A stretch of 64,000 nucleotides of DNA from an uncultured Thermoleophilia bacterium. Its GTDB lineage: Bacteria > Actinomycetota > Thermoleophilia > UBA2241. The translations under genes were made by a program, and so were the position numbers. The DNA lies in assembly GCA_963791345.1 (NCBI GenBank), contig CAWBRS010000021.1, forward strand, positions 208,225 through 272,224. The letters are read 5' to 3'. The notes beneath the pieces were generated by a model. The model searched no databases. It saw nothing but the letters and a program-made list of their open reading frames with translations, and was not told the origin of the DNA. Positions 17,419 to 27,517 of this stretch are shown piece after piece (positions within the stretch are counted from its first letter, which is position 1; each line of letters begins with the position of its first letter).

Positions 17419-18129
17419 TCACCCCTCCGAGGTGTCGAGCTCGGACTGCTCCTGCACGACCTCGGCCTGCTCGTCGGGCAGGAAGACGTGGATCAGCTCG
17501 CGCTCCTTGCCCGGCTGCAGCACGCAGAGCACGTAGTCGCCGGGCAGGATCTCGGTGGTGCCGCGGGCCAGCATCGCGTGCCCGGCGCGGATGATCGCCG
17601 CCAGCAGCACGCCCTCGGGCAGGGCGATGTCCTGCACGTAGGTGTTGGCGAAGGCCGAGTTCTCGCTCACCTCGAGCTCGACCAGCTCGACGTTCTCGCG
17701 CTTCAGCGACAGCAGGTGGACGAACTTGTGCACCGGCAGGTGCCGGATGATGAGCGACAGCATCGCGGTCGTCGCGCAGATCGTGTTCTCGAGGCCGAGC
17801 AGGTCGAAGGTCGGCTGGTTGAACGGGTTGTTGACCCGGGCCACGACCTTGGGCACGCCGAACTTCATGTCGGCGACCTGCGCGATGATGATGTTGTCCT
17901 CGTCGTCGCCGGTCACGGCCACGACCATGTCGGCGCGGGCGATGCCGGCGCGCTCGAGCACCCAGACCTCGGTGCCGTCGCCGAAGACGAGCGACTCCGC
18001 GAGCTCCTCGGCGATCAGGTCGTAGCGCGACTTGCGCTGCTCGATGAGGGCGATCTCGTGACCGAGCCGGCGCAGCTGACGGGCGGTGTTGAGGCCGACC
18101 TTGCCTCCGCCCACGATGAGCACGAACAC
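17419..18129 (-). CDS. RCK protein with TrkA_N and TrkA_C domains (KtrA/CeoB-like), copy 1
   Basis: Intact 236-aa ORF. The Rossmann motif is MFVLIVGGGKVGLNTA. It is a paralog of 26373-27083. Confidence 0.85.
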   Translation of the reverse strand: MFVLIVGGGKVGLNTARQLRRLGHEIALIEQRKSRYDLIAEELAESLVFGDGTEVWVLERAGIARADMVVAVTGDDEDNIIIAQVADMKFGVPKVVARVNNPFNQPTFDLLGLENTICATTAMLSLIIRHLPVHKFVHLLSLKRENVELVELEVSENSAFANTYVQDIALPEGVLLAAIIRAGHAMLARGTTEILPGDYVLCVLQPGKERELIHVFLPDEQAEVVQEQSELDTSEG

Positions 18130-18132
18130 GGC

Positions 18133-18549
18133 TCAGCCCTCCCTGATCCCGCACGCCATGACGGCGTCGAACAAGGCCTGGCGCACGTCGCTCGTCGGGC
18201 AGAAGGTGCGCACCCCGGCCTTGGCGTACAGCTCGGCCCGGTGCGGGTCGTACACCCGGGCCACCGAGCAGCGCACGCCGAACTTCTTCTGCGCGATCTG
18301 CACGCAGACGAGGTTGGTGTTGTCGCCGTCGGTGCAGGCGACGAACGCGTCGGCACGGGCGATGCCGGCCTGCCGCAGCACGTCCCAGTCGAGCGCCCGG
18401 CCCTGCACGAAGTCGCCGGGGAAGTCGTCGCCGAGCAGGTAGAAGGACTCGGCGTCCTCATCGATGATGGCGACCTCGTGGCCCAGGGCCACGAGGTCAC
18501 GCGCCAGCCCGGAGCCGACGCGACCGCATCCTGCGATCACCACGTGCAT
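18133..18549 (-). CDS. TrkA_N-only RCK protein (CeoC-like), copy 1
   Basis: Motif MHVVIAGCGRVGSGLARDL. A GAGAGGTG RBS precedes the second ATG. It ends 3 nt before the next gene. It is a paralog of 27087-27509. Confidence 0.8.
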   Translation of the reverse strand: MHVVIAGCGRVGSGLARDLVALGHEVAIIDEDAESFYLLGDDFPGDFVQGRALDWDVLRQAGIARADAFVACTDGDNTNLVCVQIAQKKFGVRCSVARVYDPHRAELYAKAGVRTFCPTSDVRQALFDAVMACGIREG

Positions 18550-18628
18550 GTTCACCTCTCACCGTCGAGGGCGCCGGCGTGTCTGGCCGGCCGAGGGCGA
18601 TCTGCGCCCGCGGCCGCGCCGCCGCGCC

Positions 18629-20878
18629 CTACTCTTCGCTTCTGTTCGCGTTCTCGACGTCCGGCGCCGTCGGGGCGTTGAGCGCGCTCTCGCCACCGTC
18701 CGTGACGGTCGTCGCGCCGGCCCCGGTCACCGCGACGCCCTCGGCGGGCGCCGCCGTGTACGACCGGCGTCTTCGCTCGTCGGCGCCGCCGAGCCCTCCA
18801 TCGGGTAGAACCGCGGCACGAGGTTCACGATGACCTCGCATGGGGCGTGCTGCAACACGTAGTCCACGGTGCGCCCGAAGACGCGGTCGGCGACGCGCCG
18901 CTTCTTGACGCTGCCGAGGATGATCACCTCGGAGCGCCGTGTCGTCGCCTCGTCGACGATCGCCCGCCCCGCCTGCCGCGCGGTGATCACGATGGGCGTG
19001 AACCTGACCTTGAACTGGCTGGCGATGAGGCCGGCCGCCGCCAGCACCTTGCCGGCCTTCTCGCGCTCGTCGACCAGCCGTGCGTCCAGAGGCAGGTTGA
19101 GCGGCACCTCGAGCACGTAGAGGCCGTCGATCGCCGACTTCTTCTCGGTGGCGAGCTGGCAGGCGAGCACCATCATCTCGTCGGTGATGCGCGAGCCGAC
19201 GATCGGCACGAGGATCTGGTCGTAGTCGATGTCGGCCTGCATCGTGATGGGGATCGACGTGCGCGCCACGGTGCCGGTCAGCGAGTAGCCCTTGGCCCGG
19301 CGGTAGACCACGTACGTCACGAGGCCCACGCCGATCCAGCCGAAGGCGATGATGCGGCTCAGGCTCGCCTGATAGGCCACGATGACGAGCCAGACGGCGA
19401 ACGTGCCCAGGCCGCCGATGACGGCGGTGAGCGGCAGCGAGCCGCCGCGCAGCCGGAGGTTGAGCGGCGCGCGCCAGGGCCGCTCGAGCGCCGGCTCCCT
19501 GAAGCGCAGCACGATGACCGACAGGTGCGCCGCCGTGAACGAGATCATGGAGCCGAAGATGTAGAGGTCGGCGAGCAGCTCCGTGCTGCCGGGCAGCATG
19601 AGGACGCAGGCGGCGACGCCGAACACGATGATCGAGACGTAGGGCGTGAGCCGCCTCGGGTGGACGTGACCGAGGACGGGCGGGAGCTGACGGTGCTGAC
19701 CCAGCGAGTAGGTCAGCCGCGACACACCGATGAGGCCGGCGTTGGTGCGCGATGACGAGGATCGTCGCCGCAAGGATGCCGACCCAGGGGGCGAGGATGG
19801 CCCGCATCCAGCCGACGCTGTCGGGCATGAAGCGCACCATCCCGAGCACCGGGTCTTCGAGGTAGTTGCTGCCCAGCTGGGTCCCGTAGAGGCGCGTCAC
19901 CTCTTCGCCGTCGATCACCTCCACCTCGCCGGTCGGCTCCTGCTCGGGGATGACGGTCGCGTCGCCGACCTCCTCGACCGGCACGTACACGGTGACCTCG
20001 GGATCGCTCGCCAGCACCCACGTGCCCTCCGGCTCGCCGGGCGCCACCTCGACCGGCTGGGTCAGGCCGCTGACCGGGTCGACGGGGACGACGTTCGAGC
20101 CCACGCGCATCACCGAGAGACCGGCGAGCGGCATGCCGATGTAGACGACGAGGACGACGACGATCACGTAGTTGATGGCACGCGGCACGTCGCGCCCCGG
20201 GTTCGTCGCCTCCTCGGCCATGTTGGAGACGGTCTCGATGCCCGTGTAGGCGACCGTGCCGATGGCGAGACCGTAGAGGAACTGCTCCCAGGTCGGCGCG
20301 ACGCCCCAGTGGATCTGCTCGAGCAGGATCCGGGGCTCGAGCAGCAGCACGAGGGCGATGGCCACGATGAGGAGCTGGGTGGCCAGGTCGAGCACGGCGA
20401 GGACGATGTTGAGCCGCGCCGCCTCCTTGATGCCGACCACGTTGACGACGATCAGGGCGGCGGCGACGAGGATGCCGCCGATGGCGTTGTAGGGGAACTC
20501 CTTGAGGACGGGCACGAAGACCGACAGGTAGTGCGGCACGAAGAGGGCGGAGATGGCGATCGTGGCCGTGTAGACGAGCATCTGGCCCCAGCCGATGCCG
20601 AAGCTCACGAACTCGTTGAAGGCGCGCCGTGCGAAGCTGGACGCGCCGCCCGCCTCCGGCATCGCCGCGGTGGCCTCGGCGTAGCTCCACGCCGTGCACA
20701 TGAAGAGCAGGCCGGTGATGATGAAGACCAGAGGCGTCGCGCCCATGGCGGACACGGCCACGACGCCGAGGGCGTAGTAGATCGACGAGCCCACGTTGCC
20801 GTAGGCCGTGCTGAAGAGCGCCGGGACGCCCAGGACCTTGTGGAGGCTCTCGCCCTCTCTGTGTTTGCGTCGCGCCAC
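18629..20878 (-). CDS. APC-superfamily permease fused to a C-terminal universal stress protein domain, copy 1; frameshifted as sequenced
   Basis: The N-terminus is MARRKHREGESLHKVLGVPALFSTAYGNVGSSIYYALG, followed by multiple TM segments. The Usp part is ILVPIVGSRITDEMMVLACQLA..EVIILGSVKKR. The middle section (about 18760-19745) lies in another frame, which implies two indels. Confidence 0.8.
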   Translation of the reverse strand: MARRKHREGESLHKVLGVPALFSTAYGNVGSSIYYALGVVAVSAMGATPLVFIITGLLFMCTAWSYAEATAAMPEAGGASSFARRAFNEFVSFGIGWGQMLVYTATIAISALFVPHYLSVFVPVLKEFPYNAIGGILVAAALIVVNVVGIKEAARLNIVLAVLDLATQLLIVAIALVLLLEPRILLEQIHWGVAPTWEQFLYGLAIGTVAYTGIETVSNMAEEATNPGRDVPRAINYVIVVVLVVYIGMPLAGLSVMRVGSNVVPVDPVSGLTQPVEVAPGEPEGTWVLASDPEVTVYVPVEEVGDATVIPEQEPTGEVEVIDGEEVTRLYGTQLGSNYLEDPVLGMVRFMPDSVGWMRAILAPWVGILAATILVIAHQRRPHRCVAADLLAGSAPSAPARPRSRPPEAAHALRLDHRVRRRRLRPHAARQHGAARRPLHLRLHDLVHGGAPVGHRAALQGAGARAALARAAQPPAARRLAAAHRRHRRPGHVRRLARHRGLSGEPEPHHRLRLDRRGPRDVRGLPPGQGLLADRHRGAHVDPHHDAGRHRLRPDPRADRRLAHHRRDDGARLPARHREEVGDRRPLRARGAAQPASGRTAGRRAREGRQGAGGGRPHRQPVQGQVHAHRDHRAAGGAGDRRRGDDTALRGDHPRQRQEAARRRPRLRAHRGLRVAARPMRGHREPRAAVLPDGGLGGADERRRRSYTAAPAEGVAVTGAGATTVTDGGESALNAPTAPDVENANRSEE

Positions 20879-20970
20879 TCAGGTCACGTCGGGGGCGCGA
20901 CGTCACCGTCGGCTCCCGGGGCATGCGTCCGCGCCCACGGGCCCGGCGCCCGCCCCTCCATGAGGCGCGA

Positions 20971-23140
20971 CTATAGCAGGCTCGGAGCCGGGAGGCACGG
21001 CGCCGGGAGGCACGGCGCCGGCCCGCCGGCGTCGCCTCCCCGATGCTCGCCCCGTCGGTGCGGTAGTCGCGCGGCACGAGGTTGAGCAGCACCTCGCAGG
21101 GCGCGTAGTCGATCACGTGGTCGACCGTGCTGCCGAAGGCGCGTTCGGCGATGCGCCGCTTCTTGACCGTGCCGAGGATGATGACCTCGGAGCGGCGCTG
21201 CGTCGGCCTCCTCGACGATCGCCCGCCCGGCGTGGCGCGCCGTGACGATGATCGGGGCGAAGTGCACCTTGAACTGCTCGGCGATGAGGCCGGCCGCGCC
21301 GAGCACGCGCTCGGCGCGCGCGCGCTGCTCGCGGAGCTCGGCGTCGAGCGGCAGGTTCAGCGGCACCTCGATCACGTAGAGCGCGTCGATCGCCGAGCCC
21401 TTCTCGGTGGCGAGCTGACAGGCGAGGACCATCATCTCGTCGGTGATGCGGGTGCCGACGATGGGCACGAGGATGCGGTCGTAGTCGATGTCGGCCTGCA
21501 TCGAGGCCGGCACGACGACGCGGGCGATGGTGCGCGTCAGCGAGTACCCCTTGAGCTTGCGGTAGACGACGTAGGTGACGATGCCGACGCCCATCCAGAG
21601 GAAGCCGATGAGGCGGCCCTCGGCGTGCGTGGCCACGACCACGCACCACACGGTGAAGGTGCCCGGCGCCGCCGATGATCGACAGCAGCGGCAGGGAGTA
21701 CCCGCGCACGCGCACGTTGAGCGGGCTGCGGAACGGCCGCGGGGTGTCGGGCTCCTTGATGCGCAGGGCGACGACGGCGACGTGCGCCGTGGTGAACGAG
21801 ATCATCGCCCCGAAGGCGTAGAGGTCGGCGAGCAAGCTCGTGCTGCCGGGGATGATGAGGAGGCAGGCGATGAGGCCGAACACGATGATCGCCACGTACG
21901 GCGTGAGCCGCCGCGGGTGGATGCGACCGAGCAGCGGCGGCACCTGCCGGTGGACGCCGAGCGAGTACGCCAGGCGTGACACGCCGATCAGCCCCGCGTT
22001 GGTGGCGATCACGAGGATCGTCGCCGCGAGGATGCCGACCCACGGGGCGAGGATCGCCGCGCAGCCACGCCAGCTCCTCGGGCATGAACTTGACGATGCC
22101 GAGGACCGGGTCCTCGACGTACGCGCTGCCGAGCTGGGTGCCGTGGAGCTCCGTGACCCAGCCGTCGCCCTCCTGGACGACCTCGCCGGTCGGCTCCTGC
22201 GCTGAGGTATCACGTAGTCGTCGCCCTGTCGCTCGACCGGCACGTAGACCGGCTGTCCGGGGTCGGCGGCGAGCACGTACGTGCCCTCGGGCTCGCCGGG
22301 CACGACCTCGGTCGCCACCGTTCTGTGCGTCGCCGGGTCGACGGCCACGGTGTTCGAGCCGACGGGCATGGCGGAGAGCGCGACGAGCGCCATGCCGATG
22401 TACACGACGAGCACGGTGGCGAGCACCATGTTGATCGCCCGCGGCACGTCGCGGTCGGGGTTGGCGGCCTCCTCGGCCATGTTCGAGATGGTCTCGATGC
22501 CGGTGTAGGCGATCGGTGCCGATGGAGATGCCGTAGAGGAGCTGGCTCCAGGTCGGCGCCGTGCCGAGGTCGATCTGCTCGATCAGGATGCGGCGGCTCG
22601 AGCAGCAGGATCACGCCGATCACCATGACCAGCACCTGGGTGGCGAGGTCGAGGGCGGCGAGCAGGACGTTGAGTCGCGCCGCCTCCTTGATGCCGATCA
22701 CGTTGACGACGACGAGCGACGAGGATCACGGCGATGCCGACGATCGTGTCGTAGGGGTACGTCCTGAGGGCCGGCCAGAAGACGGCCATGTAGTGCGGCA
22801 CGAAGAAGGCCGAGATGGCGATGGTGACGATGTAGTCGAGCATGAGCGCCCAGCCGGCGCCGAAGCTGACGAACTCGTTGAAGGCGCGGCGGGCGAAGCT
22901 CGACGAGCCGCCCGCCTCGGGCACCATCGCCGTCGCCTCGGCGTACGACCAGGCGGTCGTGATGAAGAGCAGCCCGGTGAGGGCGAAGACGATCGGCGTC
23001 GCGCCCATCGCGTACAGCGCGACGACGCCGAGGGCGTAGTAGATCGACGAGCCGACGTTGCCGTAGGCGGTGCTGAACAGCGCGGGGACGCCGAGCACCT
23101 TCTTGAGGCTCTCCCCTTCTCTGTGCTTGCGTCTGGCCAT
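20971..23140 (-). CDS. APC permease-Usp fusion, copy 2; at least 6 frame breaks as sequenced
   Basis: The N-terminus is MARRKHREGESLKKVLGVPALFSTAYGNVGSSIYYALG. Pieces are found in ORFs 22583-23140, 22210-22701, 21113-22480 and 20971-21651. The Usp part is ILVPIVGTRITDEMMVLACQLATEKGSAIDALYVIEVPLN. Confidence 0.7.
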
Positions 23141-23200
23141 GGTCTACCTCTGGAGGACGTACGGGTGTGGTCGCGCGATGGGCGAGGAGGCGGCGCGCGC

Positions 23201-23359
23201 TAGAGCGTGCGCCAGCGGAACGCGGCGTAGACCAGGAGCAGGATGCCGGCGACGAGCTGCATCGAGATCGGGCCAGAGACCGCCGGACGCGCCGTAGACG
23301 ACGAGGGCGACGCCCAGCACGGCGGCCACGATGGTGAAGATCTGTCGGGTCAGGCGCAT
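23201..23359 (-). CDS. Possible tiny 2-TM membrane protein (about 52 aa) with one frame break
   Basis: Read from the DNA as MRLTRQIFTIVAAVLGVALVVYGASGGLWP | ISMQLVAGILLLVYAAFRWRTL*. It has no recognisable family. Confidence 0.3.
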
Positions 23360-23452
23360 GTCCAAAGAAGAGCCGGCGCCGTGGGCGCCGGCCTTGGACA
23401 TCGAATGTAGCACCGCGCCATGGCCCTTACAAGCGGCGGATGGCCCCGCGCG

Positions 23453-24955
23453 CTACCGCCGCCAGAACACCGGCGAGAAGAGCAGAATGAGCGTGAAGAG
23501 CTCCAGGCGCCCGGCCAGCATGCAGAACGAGAGGATCAGCTTCGCGGCGGGGTGCATCCAGGCGAAGTTGTCGAAGGGGCCGATGTCGGCCAGCCCGGGG
23601 CCCACGCCCCCCATGGTCGTGGCGACGGCGGACATGGCGGTCGCGAAGTCGGCCCCCGTGAGCGACACCCCGGCCACGGCGATCACGTAGGTGATCAGGT
23701 ACATCCCGATGAACGCCGAGACCGACTGCAGCATGCCGGCCGTCACCGCCTTGCCGCCGAGGCGCGGCGGCGCGAGGGCATGGGGGTGCACGGTGCTGAA
23801 CAGCGCGCGCAGCGCCGCCTTGGAGAAGATGAGCACCCGGATCGCCTTCATCGCTCCGGCCGTCGAGCCGGCGCAGCCGCCCATGAACAGCAACATGAAG
23901 AGGATGTACTGGGTCAGCTCCGGCCACTTCTCGTAGTCGGCCGTCGCGAAGCCGGTGGTCGTGCCGGTCGAGACCACCTCGAAGAAGGCGTCCCGCACGG
24001 CGCGCGTCGCGGACACGTCCGAGGTGGCCCACACGAGCAGAGCGATGATGAGACTGCTGCCGATCAGCACGAGCGTGAAGAAGCGCCATTCCGGGTCCTT
24101 CAGCAGGGTGCGCGGCCGCCGGTTCAGGACCGCCCAGTGCAGCGAGAAGTTGGTCGCCGACAGCCACAGGAAGAGCACGATGACCCAGTCGATGTAGGCG
24201 CTGTCGAAGTAGGCGATGCTGGTGTTCTTGGTCGAGAAGCCCGCCGGTGCCGATGGCGCCGAACATGTGACAGAGGGCGTCGAAGAGGTTCATCCCGCCG
24301 AGAAGCAGGAGGACGGTGAGCACGGCCGACAGACCGAGGTAGATGAGCCAGAGGATGCGCGCCGTGCTGCGGATCCGCGGCGCGCAGGCGGTCGACCTCG
24401 AGACCGGGGGCCTCGGCGCGGTAGAGCTGCATGGCGCCCACGCCGAGCAGGGGGAACAGGGCGATGTAGAGCACCACGAAACCCATCCCCCCGAGCCAGT
24501 GGGTGAAGCTGCGCCAGAAGAGGAGACCCTTCGGCAGCGCCTCGACGTCGGCGATCACGCTCGATCCGGTCCCCGAGAAGCCGCTGACGCACTCGAACCA
24601 GGCGTCGACGGGGCCGAGGACGTCGGCGAAGACGAAGGGCAGCGTCCCCACGAAGCAGACGAGGAGCCAGCCCAGGCCGACGACGGCGAAGCCCTCGCGA
24701 CGCGAGAGGCGGAGGTGCGCGGTGCGCAGGAGGAAGAAGCCGGGCGCGCCGACCGCCACGCCGATGAGGATCGTCGAGGTGAAGGCCTCGACGGTCGCCG
24801 TCTCGCCGTAGTAGGCGGCCACGGCGAGCGGGATGGCCAGGGTGGCGGAGGCGCACAGGACCAGGCTGCAGAGCAGGAAGCCGACGCGCCGGGCCGGCCC
24901 GAGCGAGGCCGGCGACCGCGCCCGTGCTCCCTGGTGACGACGGCGACGTGGGCAT
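23453..24955 (-). CDS. trkH: Trk-type K+ uptake membrane subunit TrkH; frameshifted as sequenced
   Basis: Four pore-loop-like motifs are present: [18 protein letters not shown] (in an alternate frame), [10 protein letters not shown] and TTMGGVGPG. Frame breaks lie near 24915, 24400 and 24200-24260. Confidence 0.8.
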
Positions 24956-24971
24956 GGCGCGAGGAGCGGCG

Positions 24972-26321
24972 TCAGTCCGCGGCCAGCAGGCGCTGCAGGC
25001 GCGGTATCAGGGCCGGACGGGCGAAGAGCACGACGCGGTCGTCCTCCTGGATGACGGTGGCGCTGTCGGGGATGATGACCTCGTCGCCGCGCACGATGGC
25101 GCCGACCAGCGACCCGTGCGGCATGTGCAGGAGGGCGAGCGGCAACCCGACGATGCCGGAGCCCTTGGCGGCGACGAACTCGATGCCCTCCACGAGGTCC
25201 TCGCGGAGGGTGCGCACGGCGAGCACGCGTCCCCGGCGCGCGAGCTGCAGGATCGGGCTCAGGGCCGAGAGCAGGGGACTGACGACGACGTCGACGCCGA
25301 TCGCCGAGGCGAACGGCATGTAGTCGGGCGTGTCGACGAGAGCGACGACGCGGCGCGCCCCGAGCCGCTTGGCGAGCAGGGCCGTGAAGACGTTGTCGGT
25401 CTCGTCCCCCAGCGCGGCGACGAACATGTCGGCGCGCGCCACGCCCTCGTCCTCGAGCAACCTCTGATCCATGCCGTCCCCGTGAAGCACGAGAGTGTCG
25501 CCCAAGGCCCGCGTGAGCTCCTCGCAGCGGGCGGCGTCGCGCTCGACGATCTTGGTGTGGATCCCCGCCGCCGCGAGCCGGCGGGCGATGGCGACGCCCT
25601 CGCGCCCGCCGCCCGAGACGATGACGCGGCGCGTGCGCACCCAGCGCTTGCCGAGGCGCGTCATCGCCCTGCGCACCGCGTCGTGGGCGGCGACGAGGAA
25701 GAGGGTGTCGCCGGCCTCCAGCCGCAGGTCGGCGGACGGCGGGTTCACCACCTCGTCCCGGTACACGCCGGCGACCATGACCTTCTCGTTGGGGCGGCGG
25801 CCGAGATCGGTGACCGGCTTGCCCAGCATGGGCGAATCGGCGTCGACCTCGACGCCGACCGCCTTGACGCGTCCCTCGACGAACTCGAGGATGTCGCTCG
25901 CCCCCGGCGTGCCGGCGAGGGCCGCGACGGTCCACGCGACCTCCTCCTCGGGGCTGATGACGAGGTCGATGCTGAGCGAGCTCTTGTCGATGATGCCGGC
26001 GGCGCCCAGGTAGGCCGGGTCGTGAAGGCGCGCCACGCGCACGATCTTCGACGACAGCGTCTCGGCGATCAGGCAGGCGACGATGTTGGTCTCGTCGCTG
26101 GCCGTGACGGCGACGAGGACGTCGGCCGTGGCCAGCCCGGCCTCGAGCAGCACCGACGGGGTGCTCCCCTTGCCGACGAGGGCGCCCACGTCGAGCGAGT
26201 CCTGGAGGCGCCGCAACGCCTCCTCGTCCTGGCCGACGACCACCACGTCGTGACCCTCCTCCGAGAGCTTGCGGGCCACGTAGAAGCCGAGCACCCCGGA
26301 GCCCGTGACGACGATCTTCAC
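24972..26321 (-). CDS. trkA: Trk system regulatory protein TrkA (double N-C-N-C architecture)
   Basis: Intact 449-aa ORF with two Rossmann motifs, MKIVVTGSGVLGFYVA and VIVSGGGREGVAIA. Confidence 0.9.
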   Translation of the reverse strand: MKIVVTGSGVLGFYVARKLSEEGHDVVVVGQDEEALRRLQDSLDVGALVGKGSTPSVLLEAGLATADVLVAVTASDETNIVACLIAETLSSKIVRVARLHDPAYLGAAGIIDKSSLSIDLVISPEEEVAWTVAALAGTPGASDILEFVEGRVKAVGVEVDADSPMLGKPVTDLGRRPNEKVMVAGVYRDEVVNPPSADLRLEAGDTLFLVAAHDAVRRAMTRLGKRWVRTRRVIVSGGGREGVAIARRLAAAGIHTKIVERDAARCEELTRALGDTLVLHGDGMDQRLLEDEGVARADMFVAALGDETDNVFTALLAKRLGARRVVALVDTPDYMPFASAIGVDVVVSPLLSALSPILQLARRGRVLAVRTLREDLVEGIEFVAAKGSGIVGLPLALLHMPHGSLVGAIVRGDEVIIPDSATVIQEDDRVVLFARPALIPRLQRLLAAD

Positions 26322-26372
26322 CTCTGCCCTCCCGGCTGCCGCCGTTCGCTGCGCGTCATCACCGCACGACCC

Positions 26373-27083
26373 TCAGGTGCCCAGTGCGTCGGAGCTCGCC
26401 TCGGCCTGTACATCCTCGGGCTTGCGACTGGGGAGGAAGCTGCGGATCAGCTCCTTCTCCTTGCCGGGCTGGAGCAGGCAGAGGACCTGGTCGCCGGGCA
26501 GCAGGACCTCGTCGCCGTGGGCGAGGACCGCCGTGCCCCGGCGCAGGATCGCGGCCACGAGCACGCCGGACGGCAGGCGGATGTCCTTGACCGCGGTGTG
26601 GGCCGAGGGCGTCTCCTCGGTGACGGCGATCTCGACGAGCTCGACGTTCTCGCGCTTGAGCGAGAGGAGCGGCACGAACTGATGGACCGGCAGCTCGTGC
26701 ATGATCATCGACATCAGCATCGTCGCCGCGCAGACCGTCGCGTCGACGTCGAGGAGGTCGAAGGTCGCCTGGTTGCGCGGGTTGTTGACCCTGGCGACGA
26801 CCTTCGGCACCTTGTGCTTGAGCTTGGCGATCTGCGAGATCACGACGTTGTCCTCGTCGTCCCCCGTGACCGCGACGACCAGGTCGGCGCGGGCGATGCC
26901 GGCCTTCTCGAGGACCCAGATCTCGGTACCGTCGCCGAAGAGCATGCGCTCGCCGAGCTCGGGGAGCAGCAGGTCGTAGCGCGAGCGGCGCTGCTCGACG
27001 ACGATGACCTCGTGCTCGAGACGCGTGAGGCTGCGGGCGACGTTGAGCCCGACCTTACCGGCGCCGACGATGAGGACGAACAT
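26373..27083 (-). CDS. RCK protein with TrkA_N and TrkA_C domains (KtrA/CeoB-like), copy 2
   Basis: Intact 236-aa ORF starting MFVLIVGAGKVGLNVA. It is roughly two-thirds identical by eye to 17419-18129. Confidence 0.85.
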   Translation of the reverse strand: MFVLIVGAGKVGLNVARSLTRLEHEVIVVEQRRSRYDLLLPELGERMLFGDGTEIWVLEKAGIARADLVVAVTGDDEDNVVISQIAKLKHKVPKVVARVNNPRNQATFDLLDVDATVCAATMLMSMIMHELPVHQFVPLLSLKRENVELVEIAVTEETPSAHTAVKDIRLPSGVLVAAILRRGTAVLAHGDEVLLPGDQVLCLLQPGKEKELIRSFLPSRKPEDVQAEASSDALGT

Positions 27084-27086
27084 CGC

Positions 27087-27509
27087 TCACTCCCCCTTCC
27101 CGTCGACCCGGCAGGAGCGCACGACGTCGACCATCATCGTCCGCGCCTCCATGGTCGGGCACACCGTGCGGATCCCCGTCGTCTCGAAGAGCTGCGCCCG
27201 CAGCGGGTCGTAGACGCGGGCGATGGCGCAGGGGACCTCGAACTCGCGCGCCGCGATCAGGGCGCAGACGATGTTCGTGTTGTCGCCGTCGGTCGCCGCG
27301 GCGAAGGCGTCGGCGCCCTCGATGCCCGCCTTGCGCAGCACGTCCCAGTCGATGGCCGGGCCGACCACGTACTGGCCGTGGAAGTCGTCGCCCAGCAGGT
27401 CGAAGGCGTCGGCGTCCTCGTCGATGACGGCCACGTCGTGGCCCTCGGCGGCCAGCTGCCTCGCCATGCTCGACCCGACCCGGCCGCAGCCGGCTACGAT
27501 GATGTACAT
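27087..27509 (-). CDS. TrkA_N-only RCK protein (CeoC-like), copy 2
   Basis: MYIIVAGCGRVGSSMARQLAAEGHDVAVIDED.. is the tail of ORF 27087-29765. The start is 8 nt after the permease stop. Confidence 0.8.
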   Translation of the reverse strand: MYIIVAGCGRVGSSMARQLAAEGHDVAVIDEDADAFDLLGDDFHGQYVVGPAIDWDVLRKAGIEGADAFAAATDGDNTNIVCALIAAREFEVPCAIARVYDPLRAQLFETTGIRTVCPTMEARTMMVDVVRSCRVDGKGE

Positions 27510-27517
27510 CTCCTGCC

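Noticed and set aside
20987-21016. A 15-bp x2 direct repeat (gccgggaggcacggc) at the 3' end of permease copy 2.
   Set aside because: There are only two copies, inside a low-complexity C-terminal tail (..PAPCLPAPCLPAP..). It is most simply a slippage duplication with no evident function.
20971-23140. Calling permease copy 2, and the other multiply frameshifted genes, true pseudogenes.
   Set aside because: The frame-break density is not clearly above that of obviously essential-type genes in the same window (acs, hydB, sensor kinase). All segments remain conserved, with no in-frame stops within the correct frames. I treat them as CDS with assembly errors, pending polishing.
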